Positions 9,959 to 18,408 of a stretch of DNA of 64,000 bases are shown here, one piece after another. Below the pieces are notes generated by a model, which did not search any database, had not been told where the DNA came from, and saw nothing but the letters and a program-made list of their open reading frames with translations. Within the stretch, counting starts at the first letter, position 1, and every line of letters starts with the position of its first letter. This stretch comes from an uncultured Lysobacterales bacterium. Its GTDB lineage: Bacteria; Pseudomonadota; Gammaproteobacteria; Xanthomonadales; SZUA-36. The position numbers and the translations under genes were made by a program. The stretch lies in NCBI GenBank assembly GCA_937927755.1, contig CALBDB010000052.1:12265-76264 (forward strand), read 5' to 3'.

Positions 9959-11002
9959 GTGTCTGCCCTGGCCTCTGCCAGCATCCATGATATGACCCGC
10001 CACGGCTTGTCAGAAGAAGCGGCTGCCGCCATTTCCAGACCGGATACGGCAAAAATCGAGTCAGATCTGCAGTGGCTGTCACGGCCAAACCACCACCTGT
10101 TGTGTTGGGACGACGACGCCTTCCCTACGCTGTTGCGGCGCATAGCAAGTCCGCCTGCGGCCTTGTTTGTAGACGGTGACCCCGGTTGCCTGTGGCAGCC
10201 TCAAATCGCTGTTATCGGCAGCCGCAACCCGACAGCCGGAGGTCTTGACCATGCCCGCGACTTCGCCACCACGCTTGCACGCCAGGGTATGACGATCACC
10301 AGCGGACTGGCCAGCGGCATCGATACTGCCGCCCATACTGCGGCTCTGGATACAGGTGCATTAACCATCGCCGTAAACGGCACTGGTCTCGATAAGGTCT
10401 ACCCTGCCAGCAGCAAGGTGGTTGCAGAACGTATCCGCGCGCAGGGCGCCATGATTTCCGAGCTTCCGCTGGGTTCAGCGCCACTCCGCAAGCATTTCCC
10501 ATCCCGCAACAGAATCATTTCAGGGCTAAGCCTCGCAGTGCTCGTTATCGAGGCCGGACTGAACAGCGGCACCCTGATAACGGCGCGAAAAGCCGCGGAG
10601 CAGGGACGCGAGGTCTTTGCCCTGCCCGGTTCGCTGAATAACCCCTTGGCGAAAGGCTGCCACCGGCTGATCCGCGAAGGTGCGCGCCTGGTGGAAACCG
10701 CGACCGACATCTTGCAGGAACTTGGCCCGGTGGCCGCAGAGCTACAGATGGCCATTCAACAGCGGCTTGGGCTTGGCCAACCCGACGAGCCCGACCCTGA
10801 ACCGACAGAAAGTAAAGGCAGGCTGTTGGATGACCCCGACTACAAAACGATCTGGGAAGTCCTCAGCCATGACCCCAAAGCCGTAGACGTAATCATCGAA
10901 CAAACTGGCCTGAGCGCCCGAGAGGTTTCCTCGATGCTTTTGATGATGGAGCTGAGGGGTATGGTCACGAAGCAAGACAACGGACGGTACCTGCGTGCCT
11001 GA
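9959..11002 (+). CDS. dprA: DNA-processing protein DprA (Smf)
   Basis: Rossmann-like core 'IAVIGSRNPTAGG...GLASGIDTAAH...', C-terminal winged-helix-like tail, lysM-dprA-smg order. Homologous sequence continues upstream of 9959 without a canonical start (see findings). Confidence 0.85.
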   Translation: MSALASASIHDMTRHGLSEEAAAAISRPDTAKIESDLQWLSRPNHHLLCWDDDAFPTLLRRIASPPAALFVDGDPGCLWQPQIAVIGSRNPTAGGLDHARDFATTLARQGMTITSGLASGIDTAAHTAALDTGALTIAVNGTGLDKVYPASSKVVAERIRAQGAMISELPLGSAPLRKHFPSRNRIISGLSLAVLVIEAGLNSGTLITARKAAEQGREVFALPGSLNNPLAKGCHRLIREGARLVETATDILQELGPVAAELQMAIQQRLGLGQPDEPDPEPTESKGRLLDDPDYKTIWEVLSHDPKAVDVIIEQTGLSAREVSSMLLMMELRGMVTKQDNGRYLRA

Positions 11003-11051
11003 GTGGTTGATGGGATTGGCTCTTGTGGGAAGTGAAACTCGAGGCAATTAT

Positions 11052-11129
11052 GTAGGAGCGATGCTCGCGTCGCGATTGGTTCAGGTTTGCAAATCGCCTG
11101 GAAAATCGCGACGCGAGCGTCGCTCCCAC
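11052..11129. repeat. Pair of REP-like palindromic units in inverted orientation
   Basis: Left arm 11052-11077 is 'GTAGGAGCGATGCTCGCGTCGCGATT'. Right arm 11104-11129 is 'AATCGCGACGCGAGCGTCGCTCCCAC'. The arms match at 24/26 positions as a reverse complement, with a 26-nt spacer. Each arm contains its own short palindrome. Confidence 0.6.
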
Positions 11130-11396
11130 AGTCAATAAACCATTCATTGCTCTTAACCGTTTAATCTGCCGGGAGCCCTTTGCAAGCAATACTTGAACAG
11201 CGGTTGATCAAACCCAACCTGCTGAACTGTGTTTTGCGCCGTAATACGGGGTACTGGCGATACCCAGATAGAAAATTGCGTAAATGTGCATTGACGATAC
11301 GGCTGGTCTCAGCCATGCTGTAATCTCGGGAAGCTAGAGAAACAAGCTGGTGTTGATGAGGATAAAGCACCGGCCCACAGTCATAGAGGCTTAACA

Positions 11397-11873
11397 ATGA
11401 AAGAAAACGTACTCGATGTACTGATGTTTCTTTTTGAAAATTATTTGTACGACGAACCGGAAGATGCACCGGACCGGGACTCCCTGGAGGAGAACCTTCA
11501 CCAGGCCGGATTCACCAATGGCGAGATCGAAAAGGCCTTTGCCTGGCTGGACGGACTCGCTGAACAGCGCCACCAACCCGACCTGTTCCAGGACAACCAC
11601 CGGCCGGTGCGCGTCTATGTTGATTCAGAGATTGCGCGTCTTGATACGGAGTGCCGTGACTTCCTGATGTACCTGGAAAATACCGGCATACTTGATGCGC
11701 AGCGTCGCGAACTTGTGCTGGACCGTGTTCTCGCCCTGGAAACCGATGAAATCACCCTGGAAGATATGAAGTGGGTGGTGCTGATGGTGTTGTTCAATCA
11801 ACCCGGCCAGGAGGCCAATTTTGCCTGGATGGAAGATTTGATGTTTGACACAGAGCAGGAGTATCGGCACTAA
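11397..11873 (+). CDS. smg: Smg protein (DUF494)
   Basis: 158 aa with N-terminus 'MKENVLDVLMFLFENYLYDE' typical of Smg. It lies between dprA and topA. Confidence 0.85.
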   Translation: MKENVLDVLMFLFENYLYDEPEDAPDRDSLEENLHQAGFTNGEIEKAFAWLDGLAEQRHQPDLFQDNHRPVRVYVDSEIARLDTECRDFLMYLENTGILDAQRRELVLDRVLALETDEITLEDMKWVVLMVLFNQPGQEANFAWMEDLMFDTEQEYRH

Positions 11874-12005
11874 TAAATAAGGGAACTGGCTTTTATTCGG
11901 CCATATTTCGGTGCCAGAGGCCACAAAGAAGGAGGTAGAAACCAACTGAACACATAACTGCCCGCTGACAGGCTGAGGGCAGTAGGTGTCTGTTTTAATC
12001 TGAAT

Positions 12006-14390
12006 ATGGCAAAAAACCTGCTCATCGTAGAATCGCCGGCCAAGGCGAAAACCATCAACCGTTATCTCGGAAGCGATTTCGAGGTGCTGGCTTCCTATGG
12101 CCATGTACGTGATTTGCCGTCCAGGGATGGCGCTGTTGATACAGAAAACAATTTCGCCATGCACTATGAACTCAGTGAAGGCAGTAAGAAACACGTAGAC
12201 AAGATCATAAAGGCAACCCGCAAAGCCGAAGCGGTTTACCTGGCGACCGATCTCGACCGCGAGGGTGAGGCCATATCCTGGCACATTTTTGAAATTCTGA
12301 AAGAAAAGAAACTGACCGATAAAGTTCCTTTCTACCGGGTCGAATTCTCAGAAATCACCAAGCACGCAATACAGGAAGCGGTCTCCAGCCCACGCGAGCT
12401 TTCCATGGACCTGGTCAACGCGCAGCAGGGCAGACGCGCACTGGATCACCTGGTCGGTTTCAACCTGTCGCCCTTGCTGTGGAAAAAAATCAGGCCCGGA
12501 CTGTCAGCCGGCAGGGTTCAGAGTCCAGCCTTGCGAATGATCGTAGAGCGCGAGCGTGAAATCGAAGCCTTCAGGACACAGGAATACTGGACCATAGAGG
12601 CCGACTTGCAAAAAGCAGGTCATGCATTTACAGCCAACCTGGTGCGACTGGACGGCGACAAATACCGCCAGTTTGATATCCAGGATGAAAAACGTGCGGC
12701 GGCAGTACGTGAAAAGTTACTAGCCGATGCCAACGGCCAGTTGAAGGCAGACCGGATTACCCGCAAGGAACGCAAGCGCCGGCCGACACCGCCGTTCATT
12801 ACCTCCACGCTGCAGCAGGACGCATCGCGGAAACTCAGGTTTTCGGCCCAAAAAACCATGCGCACGGCACAGTCATTGTATGAAGGTGTCGATATCAATG
12901 GTGAGACAGAAGGCCTGATCACCTATATGCGTACTGATTCGGTCATGCTGTCAAACGATGCGCTCGCGGACATCCGCGCACAAATCGTCGATCAATTTGG
13001 TCCGGACTATCTGCCCGAAAAGGCAAATTTCTACAAGACCAAATCAAAAAATGCCCAGGAAGCCCATGAAGCCATTCGCCCGACTTCCGCCAGGTTGGTC
13101 CCTGACAATATCAAGTCATCCCTGAGCGATGACCAGTTCCGTCTGTATGAGTTGATCTGGAAACGCACGCTGGCGTGCCAGATGACACCGGCAAAAATGG
13201 ATACGGTTGCCGTCGAATTTGATTGCGGCGCGAACGCCAGTTTCCGCGCCAACGGTTCTGTTATTACCTTTCCCGGTTTTCTCGCGGCCTATGAGGTCTC
13301 TGTGCCTGAAAGTGAGCAAAAATCCGAGTCCCGTCTTCCTGATATGCAGGAAGGTGACATCCTCAAGCTTGAAGAAATACGCTCCGAACAGCATTTCACG
13401 GAGCCACCACCACGGTATTCCGAGGCCAGCCTGGTCAAAGCCATGGAAGAATATGGCATCGGTAGGCCCTCAACCTACGCCAGCATCATGTCCACGCTGG
13501 TCAGACGCCAGTATGCGGAGCTCGACAGGCGGCGCTTCAAACCGACGGATACCGGGCGTGTTGTAGAGCGCTTCCTGGAGAATCATTTTAACGAGTACGT
13601 GGATTATGAGTTCACTGCCCGCATGGAAGATTCACTGGATGAAATATCGCGCGGGGAAAAAGATTGGATTCCACTGCTGGAAGAGTTCTGGAAAAATTTC
13701 AAGCAAAGGGTGGGTGAGAAAAGCGAATCTGTCGATCCACGTGAAGCCAAGGGTACACGTGTGCTGGGTACTGACCCGAAATCCGGTAAACCAATCTCGG
13801 TCCGCGTTGGTCGTTTTGGACCACACGCCCAGATTGGCACACGTGATGATGAGGAAAAACCTACTTTTGCAGGCCTGAGGCCCGGACAAAGCCTGGAAAC
13901 CATCACGCTGGAAGAGGCGCTGGAGTTGTTCAAGTTACCCCGCGCACTTGGTGAGACACCGGAAGGTGAGGAGGTCGTTGCCGCGATCGGCCGATTTGGC
14001 CCCTATATCCGTTTTGGAAGCAAGTTTGTTTCGCTGAAGGATGTCGATCCGCACGAGGTCACGCTGGAACACGCACTGAAACTGGTCGCCGAGAAGAAAG
14101 AGTTTGATGCCAACCGCATTATCAAGACTTTTGACGGTACCGACATCCAGGTTCTGAGCGGTCGTTACGGACCCTATATCACCGATGGCAACAAGAATGC
14201 GCGCATACCGAAAGACCAGGAGCCCGAAACGCTGACACAGGCCGAATGCGAAGAACTGATTGCAGCAGCGCCTGACCGCAAGCGCGGCAGAAAAAAAACA
14301 GCAAAGAAAAAGGTCTCCAAAAAGAAAGCAACGCGTAAGAAGGCGTCCGGGAAGAAAAGACCAAAAAGAAAACGGCAAAAAAGTGACTGA
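12006..14390 (+). CDS. topA: DNA topoisomerase I (type IA), zinc-less C-terminal repeats plus Lys-rich tail
   Basis: 794 aa. TOPRIM 'LLIVESPAKAKTI', active-site region 'GLITYMRTDS', three 'GRFGP[HY]' / 'GRYGPY' C-terminal repeats, and a KKR-rich tail. Confidence 0.95.
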   Translation: MAKNLLIVESPAKAKTINRYLGSDFEVLASYGHVRDLPSRDGAVDTENNFAMHYELSEGSKKHVDKIIKATRKAEAVYLATDLDREGEAISWHIFEILKEKKLTDKVPFYRVEFSEITKHAIQEAVSSPRELSMDLVNAQQGRRALDHLVGFNLSPLLWKKIRPGLSAGRVQSPALRMIVEREREIEAFRTQEYWTIEADLQKAGHAFTANLVRLDGDKYRQFDIQDEKRAAAVREKLLADANGQLKADRITRKERKRRPTPPFITSTLQQDASRKLRFSAQKTMRTAQSLYEGVDINGETEGLITYMRTDSVMLSNDALADIRAQIVDQFGPDYLPEKANFYKTKSKNAQEAHEAIRPTSARLVPDNIKSSLSDDQFRLYELIWKRTLACQMTPAKMDTVAVEFDCGANASFRANGSVITFPGFLAAYEVSVPESEQKSESRLPDMQEGDILKLEEIRSEQHFTEPPPRYSEASLVKAMEEYGIGRPSTYASIMSTLVRRQYAELDRRRFKPTDTGRVVERFLENHFNEYVDYEFTARMEDSLDEISRGEKDWIPLLEEFWKNFKQRVGEKSESVDPREAKGTRVLGTDPKSGKPISVRVGRFGPHAQIGTRDDEEKPTFAGLRPGQSLETITLEEALELFKLPRALGETPEGEEVVAAIGRFGPYIRFGSKFVSLKDVDPHEVTLEHALKLVAEKKEFDANRIIKTFDGTDIQVLSGRYGPYITDGNKNARIPKDQEPETLTQAECEELIAAAPDRKRGRKKTAKKKVSKKKATRKKASGKKRPKRKRQKSD

Positions 14391-14415
14391 AGGGCGTATG
14401 GCCAACACCTGAATC

Positions 14416-14982
14416 ATGAAGAGAAAAGCATTGCTGAATACCGCCAGCGCGGTTGGAAAATTACGTGCAGGACAGGTCATTGCCTACCCCACCGAGGCTG
14501 TTTACGGCCTGGGCTGTGACCCCTCCAACGAAGCCGCGGTCCGTAAAATATTGACACTTAAGGACCGGCCGGAATCGGCCGGTTTCGTACTCATCGCCAG
14601 CGATTTTTCACAACTCAAACCCTGGGTTGCCGACATCGATAAGTCACTCATAGACAGAGCCATGCAAAGCTGGCCCGGGCCCGTCACCTGGTTATTCCCT
14701 CGCGCCCCTGGCGTGCCGGATTACATCGCCGGAAAGCATGACACCATTGCCGTGAGAATCACTGCACACGAGCCCAGCCGGGCCCTTTGTGAAGCTTTTG
14801 GCTCAGCCCTGACGTCATCCAGTGCGAACCACCGGGCGGCTGAACCCGCCCGTAGCGCGGAGGAAGTCGACGCCTATTTCGGCGACAGCATCGCCGGCAT
14901 ACTTGAGGGCGCGTTGGGCGAGTCGCAAAAACCCAGCGAGATCCGGGATCTCGTAAGCGGTGCCATTATCAGGCAAGGGTAG
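14416..14982 (+). CDS. tsaC: Threonylcarbamoyl-AMP synthase (TsaC/YrdC)
   Basis: 188 aa with 'IAYPTEAVYGLGCDP', 'KDRP', 'SSANHRAAEPA' motifs of the YrdC/Sua5 family. Confidence 0.85.
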   Translation: MKRKALLNTASAVGKLRAGQVIAYPTEAVYGLGCDPSNEAAVRKILTLKDRPESAGFVLIASDFSQLKPWVADIDKSLIDRAMQSWPGPVTWLFPRAPGVPDYIAGKHDTIAVRITAHEPSRALCEAFGSALTSSSANHRAAEPARSAEEVDAYFGDSIAGILEGALGESQKPSEIRDLVSGAIIRQG

Positions 14983-14989
14983 CCCCTGA

Positions 14990-15949
<960 letters not shown>

Positions 15950-15954
15950 AGACC

Positions 15955-18015
15955 ATGAATAGAATTATCGCCGCTTCGACATTAACCGTACTGCTCGCAG
16001 CCTGCGGACAGGACCCTGCCTCAACCGAAACACAAATCGCTGAAGTTGCCGAAGCAAAGCCTGAAAAGCACTCCGGGATACTGCTTGAGAACATGAATAC
16101 CGAGGTCCGACCAGGCGATGATTTCAATCTTTACGTCAACGGAACCTGGATGGACACCAATGAGATTCCGGCGGACCGCGCCAGCAACAGCGTCGGCCTG
16201 ATCGTTCACGAGGAAGCCACCGCGAACGTCAAGACGATTATCGAAGAGGCTGCTGAGGGTGATTTCGCCAAGGGTAGTGACGAACAGAAGGTGGGCGCCC
16301 TTTACGCCTCATACATGGATATGGAAACCCGCAACAGCCTGGGTGTGGCCCCGCTGGAGTCGGAATTCTCAAAGATTAATGCGCTGGAAAACCACGAACA
16401 ACTGGCCGTTTACTTTGCCGAAGCGAACAAGATTGGTGTTGATTTGCCATTTGCACTGGCTCAATACGTCGATTTCAAAGACCCCAATACCTACATGATG
16501 TACACCTGGCAGGCGGGGCTGGGTCTGCCCGACCGTGAGTATTACTTTGAGGAAGATGAGCGCTCAGAAGGAATTCGCGATGCTTACGTGGCGCACATGG
16601 AAAAGATGTTTGCATTAGCCGGCCTCGCTGGCGGCGAAGACGCTGCCAACATGATCATGGCGCTCGAAACCCGCATGGCCGCCGAGCACATGAAAAAAGA
16701 AAAAACCCGCGACATGGTCGCACTGTACAACAAGTTACCGCTGGATGAACTGCCTGGATTGATGCCGGATTTCGCCTGGGACGCATACCTGGAAACTGCG
16801 GCCATCTCTGGAATAGATGGTCTCGTGGTCACACAACTTGACTACATGCGCGCACTCAATGACATCATCAAAGACACCAGCATGGAAGACTGGAAGACTT
16901 ACCTGACCTGGAAAGTTTTGAATGCCAACGCCGCACTGTTGAGCGAAGAACTGGACCAGCAGAATTTTGAGTTTTATTCCAAAACACTGCGCGGCATCGA
17001 GGAGCAACTGCCCCGCTGGAAACGTGCTGTGGCCAATGTGAACAATAATCTCGGTGAAGTTGTCGGCAAGGTTTATGTTGCACGCCACTTTCCACCGGAA
17101 GCCAAGGACCAGATGCTGGAACTGGTCAAAAACCTGATAAAGGCCTACGAGATCAGTATCAAGGAGCTCGACTGGATGGGTGATGAAACCAAGGCGCAGG
17201 CATTGGATAAACTCTCAAAGTTCACCCCGAAAATTGGCTACCCGGACAACTGGGAAGATTACTCTCGGCTGGATATTGAGGAAAACGACCTGGCAGGCAA
17301 TATGCAGCGCTCTGCAATGTTCGTCTATGAGAAAAACCTTGCCCGGCAGGGTGGGCCGGTCGATAAATCCGAATGGGCCATGACACCGCAGACGGTCAAT
17401 GCCTACTACAACCCGCCGTTGAATGAGATCGTATTCCCGGCCGCCATTCTGCAACCGCCATTCTTCGACCTGAATGCCGATGACGCCGTCAATTATGGTT
17501 CCATAGGCGCGGTTATCGGGCACGAGATCGGTCATGGTTTTGATGATTCCGGCAGCACTTTCGATGGCGATGGCGTACTGCGAAACTGGTGGACCGATGA
17601 AGACAAGGAGGAATTCAAGAAACGCACCGCCAAGCTGGTTGACCAGTACTCCGAATTCAAGCCGTTTGATGACCTGAATGTCAATGGTGAATTCACACTG
17701 GGCGAAAACATTGGCGACCTGGGCGGCCTGGCCATTGCCCTGTTGGCCTACAAACTGTCCCTCGATGGCGAGGAAGCACCCGTCATGGATGGGTTTACAG
17801 GCGAGCAACGGGTGTTTATCGGTTACGCACAGGGTTGGCTGGGCAAGTCTCGCGACGAGGCTGTCCGTCAGCAAATCGCCACGGACCCGCACTCACCGAG
17901 ACAGTACCGGGTCAACGGTGCGGTCAGAAATATACCGGAATTCTACGAGGCATTTGACGTTGTCGAAATCGACGCGCTTTACCTGCCGCCTGAGGAGCGA
18001 GTAAAAATCTGGTAA
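15955..18015 (+). CDS. M13 family zinc metallopeptidase lipoprotein (PepO/endothelin-converting-enzyme-like)
   Basis: 686 aa with lipobox 'LLAAC', 'NAYYNPPLNEIVFPAAILQPPFF', the zinc motif 'HEIGHGFD' and 'GENIGDLGG'. Confidence 0.9.
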   Translation: MNRIIAASTLTVLLAACGQDPASTETQIAEVAEAKPEKHSGILLENMNTEVRPGDDFNLYVNGTWMDTNEIPADRASNSVGLIVHEEATANVKTIIEEAAEGDFAKGSDEQKVGALYASYMDMETRNSLGVAPLESEFSKINALENHEQLAVYFAEANKIGVDLPFALAQYVDFKDPNTYMMYTWQAGLGLPDREYYFEEDERSEGIRDAYVAHMEKMFALAGLAGGEDAANMIMALETRMAAEHMKKEKTRDMVALYNKLPLDELPGLMPDFAWDAYLETAAISGIDGLVVTQLDYMRALNDIIKDTSMEDWKTYLTWKVLNANAALLSEELDQQNFEFYSKTLRGIEEQLPRWKRAVANVNNNLGEVVGKVYVARHFPPEAKDQMLELVKNLIKAYEISIKELDWMGDETKAQALDKLSKFTPKIGYPDNWEDYSRLDIEENDLAGNMQRSAMFVYEKNLARQGGPVDKSEWAMTPQTVNAYYNPPLNEIVFPAAILQPPFFDLNADDAVNYGSIGAVIGHEIGHGFDDSGSTFDGDGVLRNWWTDEDKEEFKKRTAKLVDQYSEFKPFDDLNVNGEFTLGENIGDLGGLAIALLAYKLSLDGEEAPVMDGFTGEQRVFIGYAQGWLGKSRDEAVRQQIATDPHSPRQYRVNGAVRNIPEFYEAFDVVEIDALYLPPEERVKIW

Positions 18016-18020
18016 ATACC

Positions 18021-18095
18021 GTAGGAGCGACCGGCGCGGCTGGTCGCAATCCTTCGCTTTACTGTGGGAGCGATCGGCGTAGCCGGTCGCGATTC
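18021..18095. repeat. Two REP-like units in direct orientation
   Basis: 18021-18052 is 'GTAGGAGCGACCGGCGCGGCTGGTCGCAATCC'. 18064-18095 is 'GTGGGAGCGATCGGCGTAGCCGGTCGCGATTC'. They share the GTRGGAGCGA...TCGCRAT flanks with the 11052-11129 element, and each has an internal stem. Confidence 0.55.
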
Positions 18096-18223
18096 TTTTC
18101 AAAACGCGTGCGAACCTGAAACAATCGCGCCGCACATCTGACCTCCAGGGACGGAGGAAATGCAGGGGATTGTAGGGAACAATCCCTGCCATGTGCTCAC
18201 TCGCGATATTCCGTTCATCCTGA

Positions 18224-18256
18224 AAATAAAAAACCCTGCCGGATTTCCCGGCAGGG
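18224..18256 (-). terminator. Rho-independent terminator (minus strand)
   Basis: Perfect 9-bp stem CCCTGCCGG / CCGGCAGGG (18234-18242 / 18248-18256) with a 5-nt loop. On the minus strand it is followed by TTTTTTATTT. Confidence 0.7.
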
Positions 18257-18337
18257 TTAAAAATGGGTATCGGCTTGGGGGAGAATGCCTAACCCGGGTT
18301 TCGCTATGGGGCGCGAACCCAACTGCAAGAACAGTCA
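18224..18337 (-). ncRNA. Candidate small RNA downstream of polA (Spot 42/ErsA-like genomic context)
   Basis: About 114 nt between the sigmaE-like promoter and the strong terminator. It contains a CU-rich 'ATTCTCCCCCAAG' stretch (anti-SD-like). Supported by context only; no sequence homology was checked. Confidence 0.25.
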
Positions 18338-18342
18338 TTGAT

Positions 18343-18369
18343 TAAGACCTGACTGCGTTGGGATGGTTC
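18343..18369 (-). promoter_or_regulatory. Candidate sigmaE/AlgU-type promoter
   Basis: The minus strand reads GAACCA-N16-TCTTA, against the remembered consensus GAACTT-N16/17-TCTGA. It lies 40 nt downstream of the polA stop. Confidence 0.25.
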
Positions 18370-18408
18370 AGTTGATCCGAATAAATTCCACCTGCCCTTG
18401 TAAAAATG

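Noticed and set aside
11161-11469. 102-aa minus-strand ORF in the long dprA-smg spacer, considered as a missed small gene.
   Set aside because: It has no motif, no Shine-Dalgarno, a composition typical of random frames, and it overlaps the smg start. I could not support it, although the 394-bp spacer remains partly unexplained.
14275-14390. A/G-rich low-complexity stretch (poly-Lys coding) at the 3' end of topA, considered as a simple repeat or separate element.
   Set aside because: It is in frame with topA and encodes a basic tail known for some TopA proteins. It is not an independent repeat feature.
18099-18345. ORFs 18099-18338 (minus, 79 aa) and 18160-18345 (plus, 61 aa) in the pepO/polA spacer.
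   Set aside because: Both read straight through the terminator hairpin and the REP-adjacent sequence. They have no Shine-Dalgarno and an odd composition. The region is better explained as non-coding (terminator, possible sRNA).
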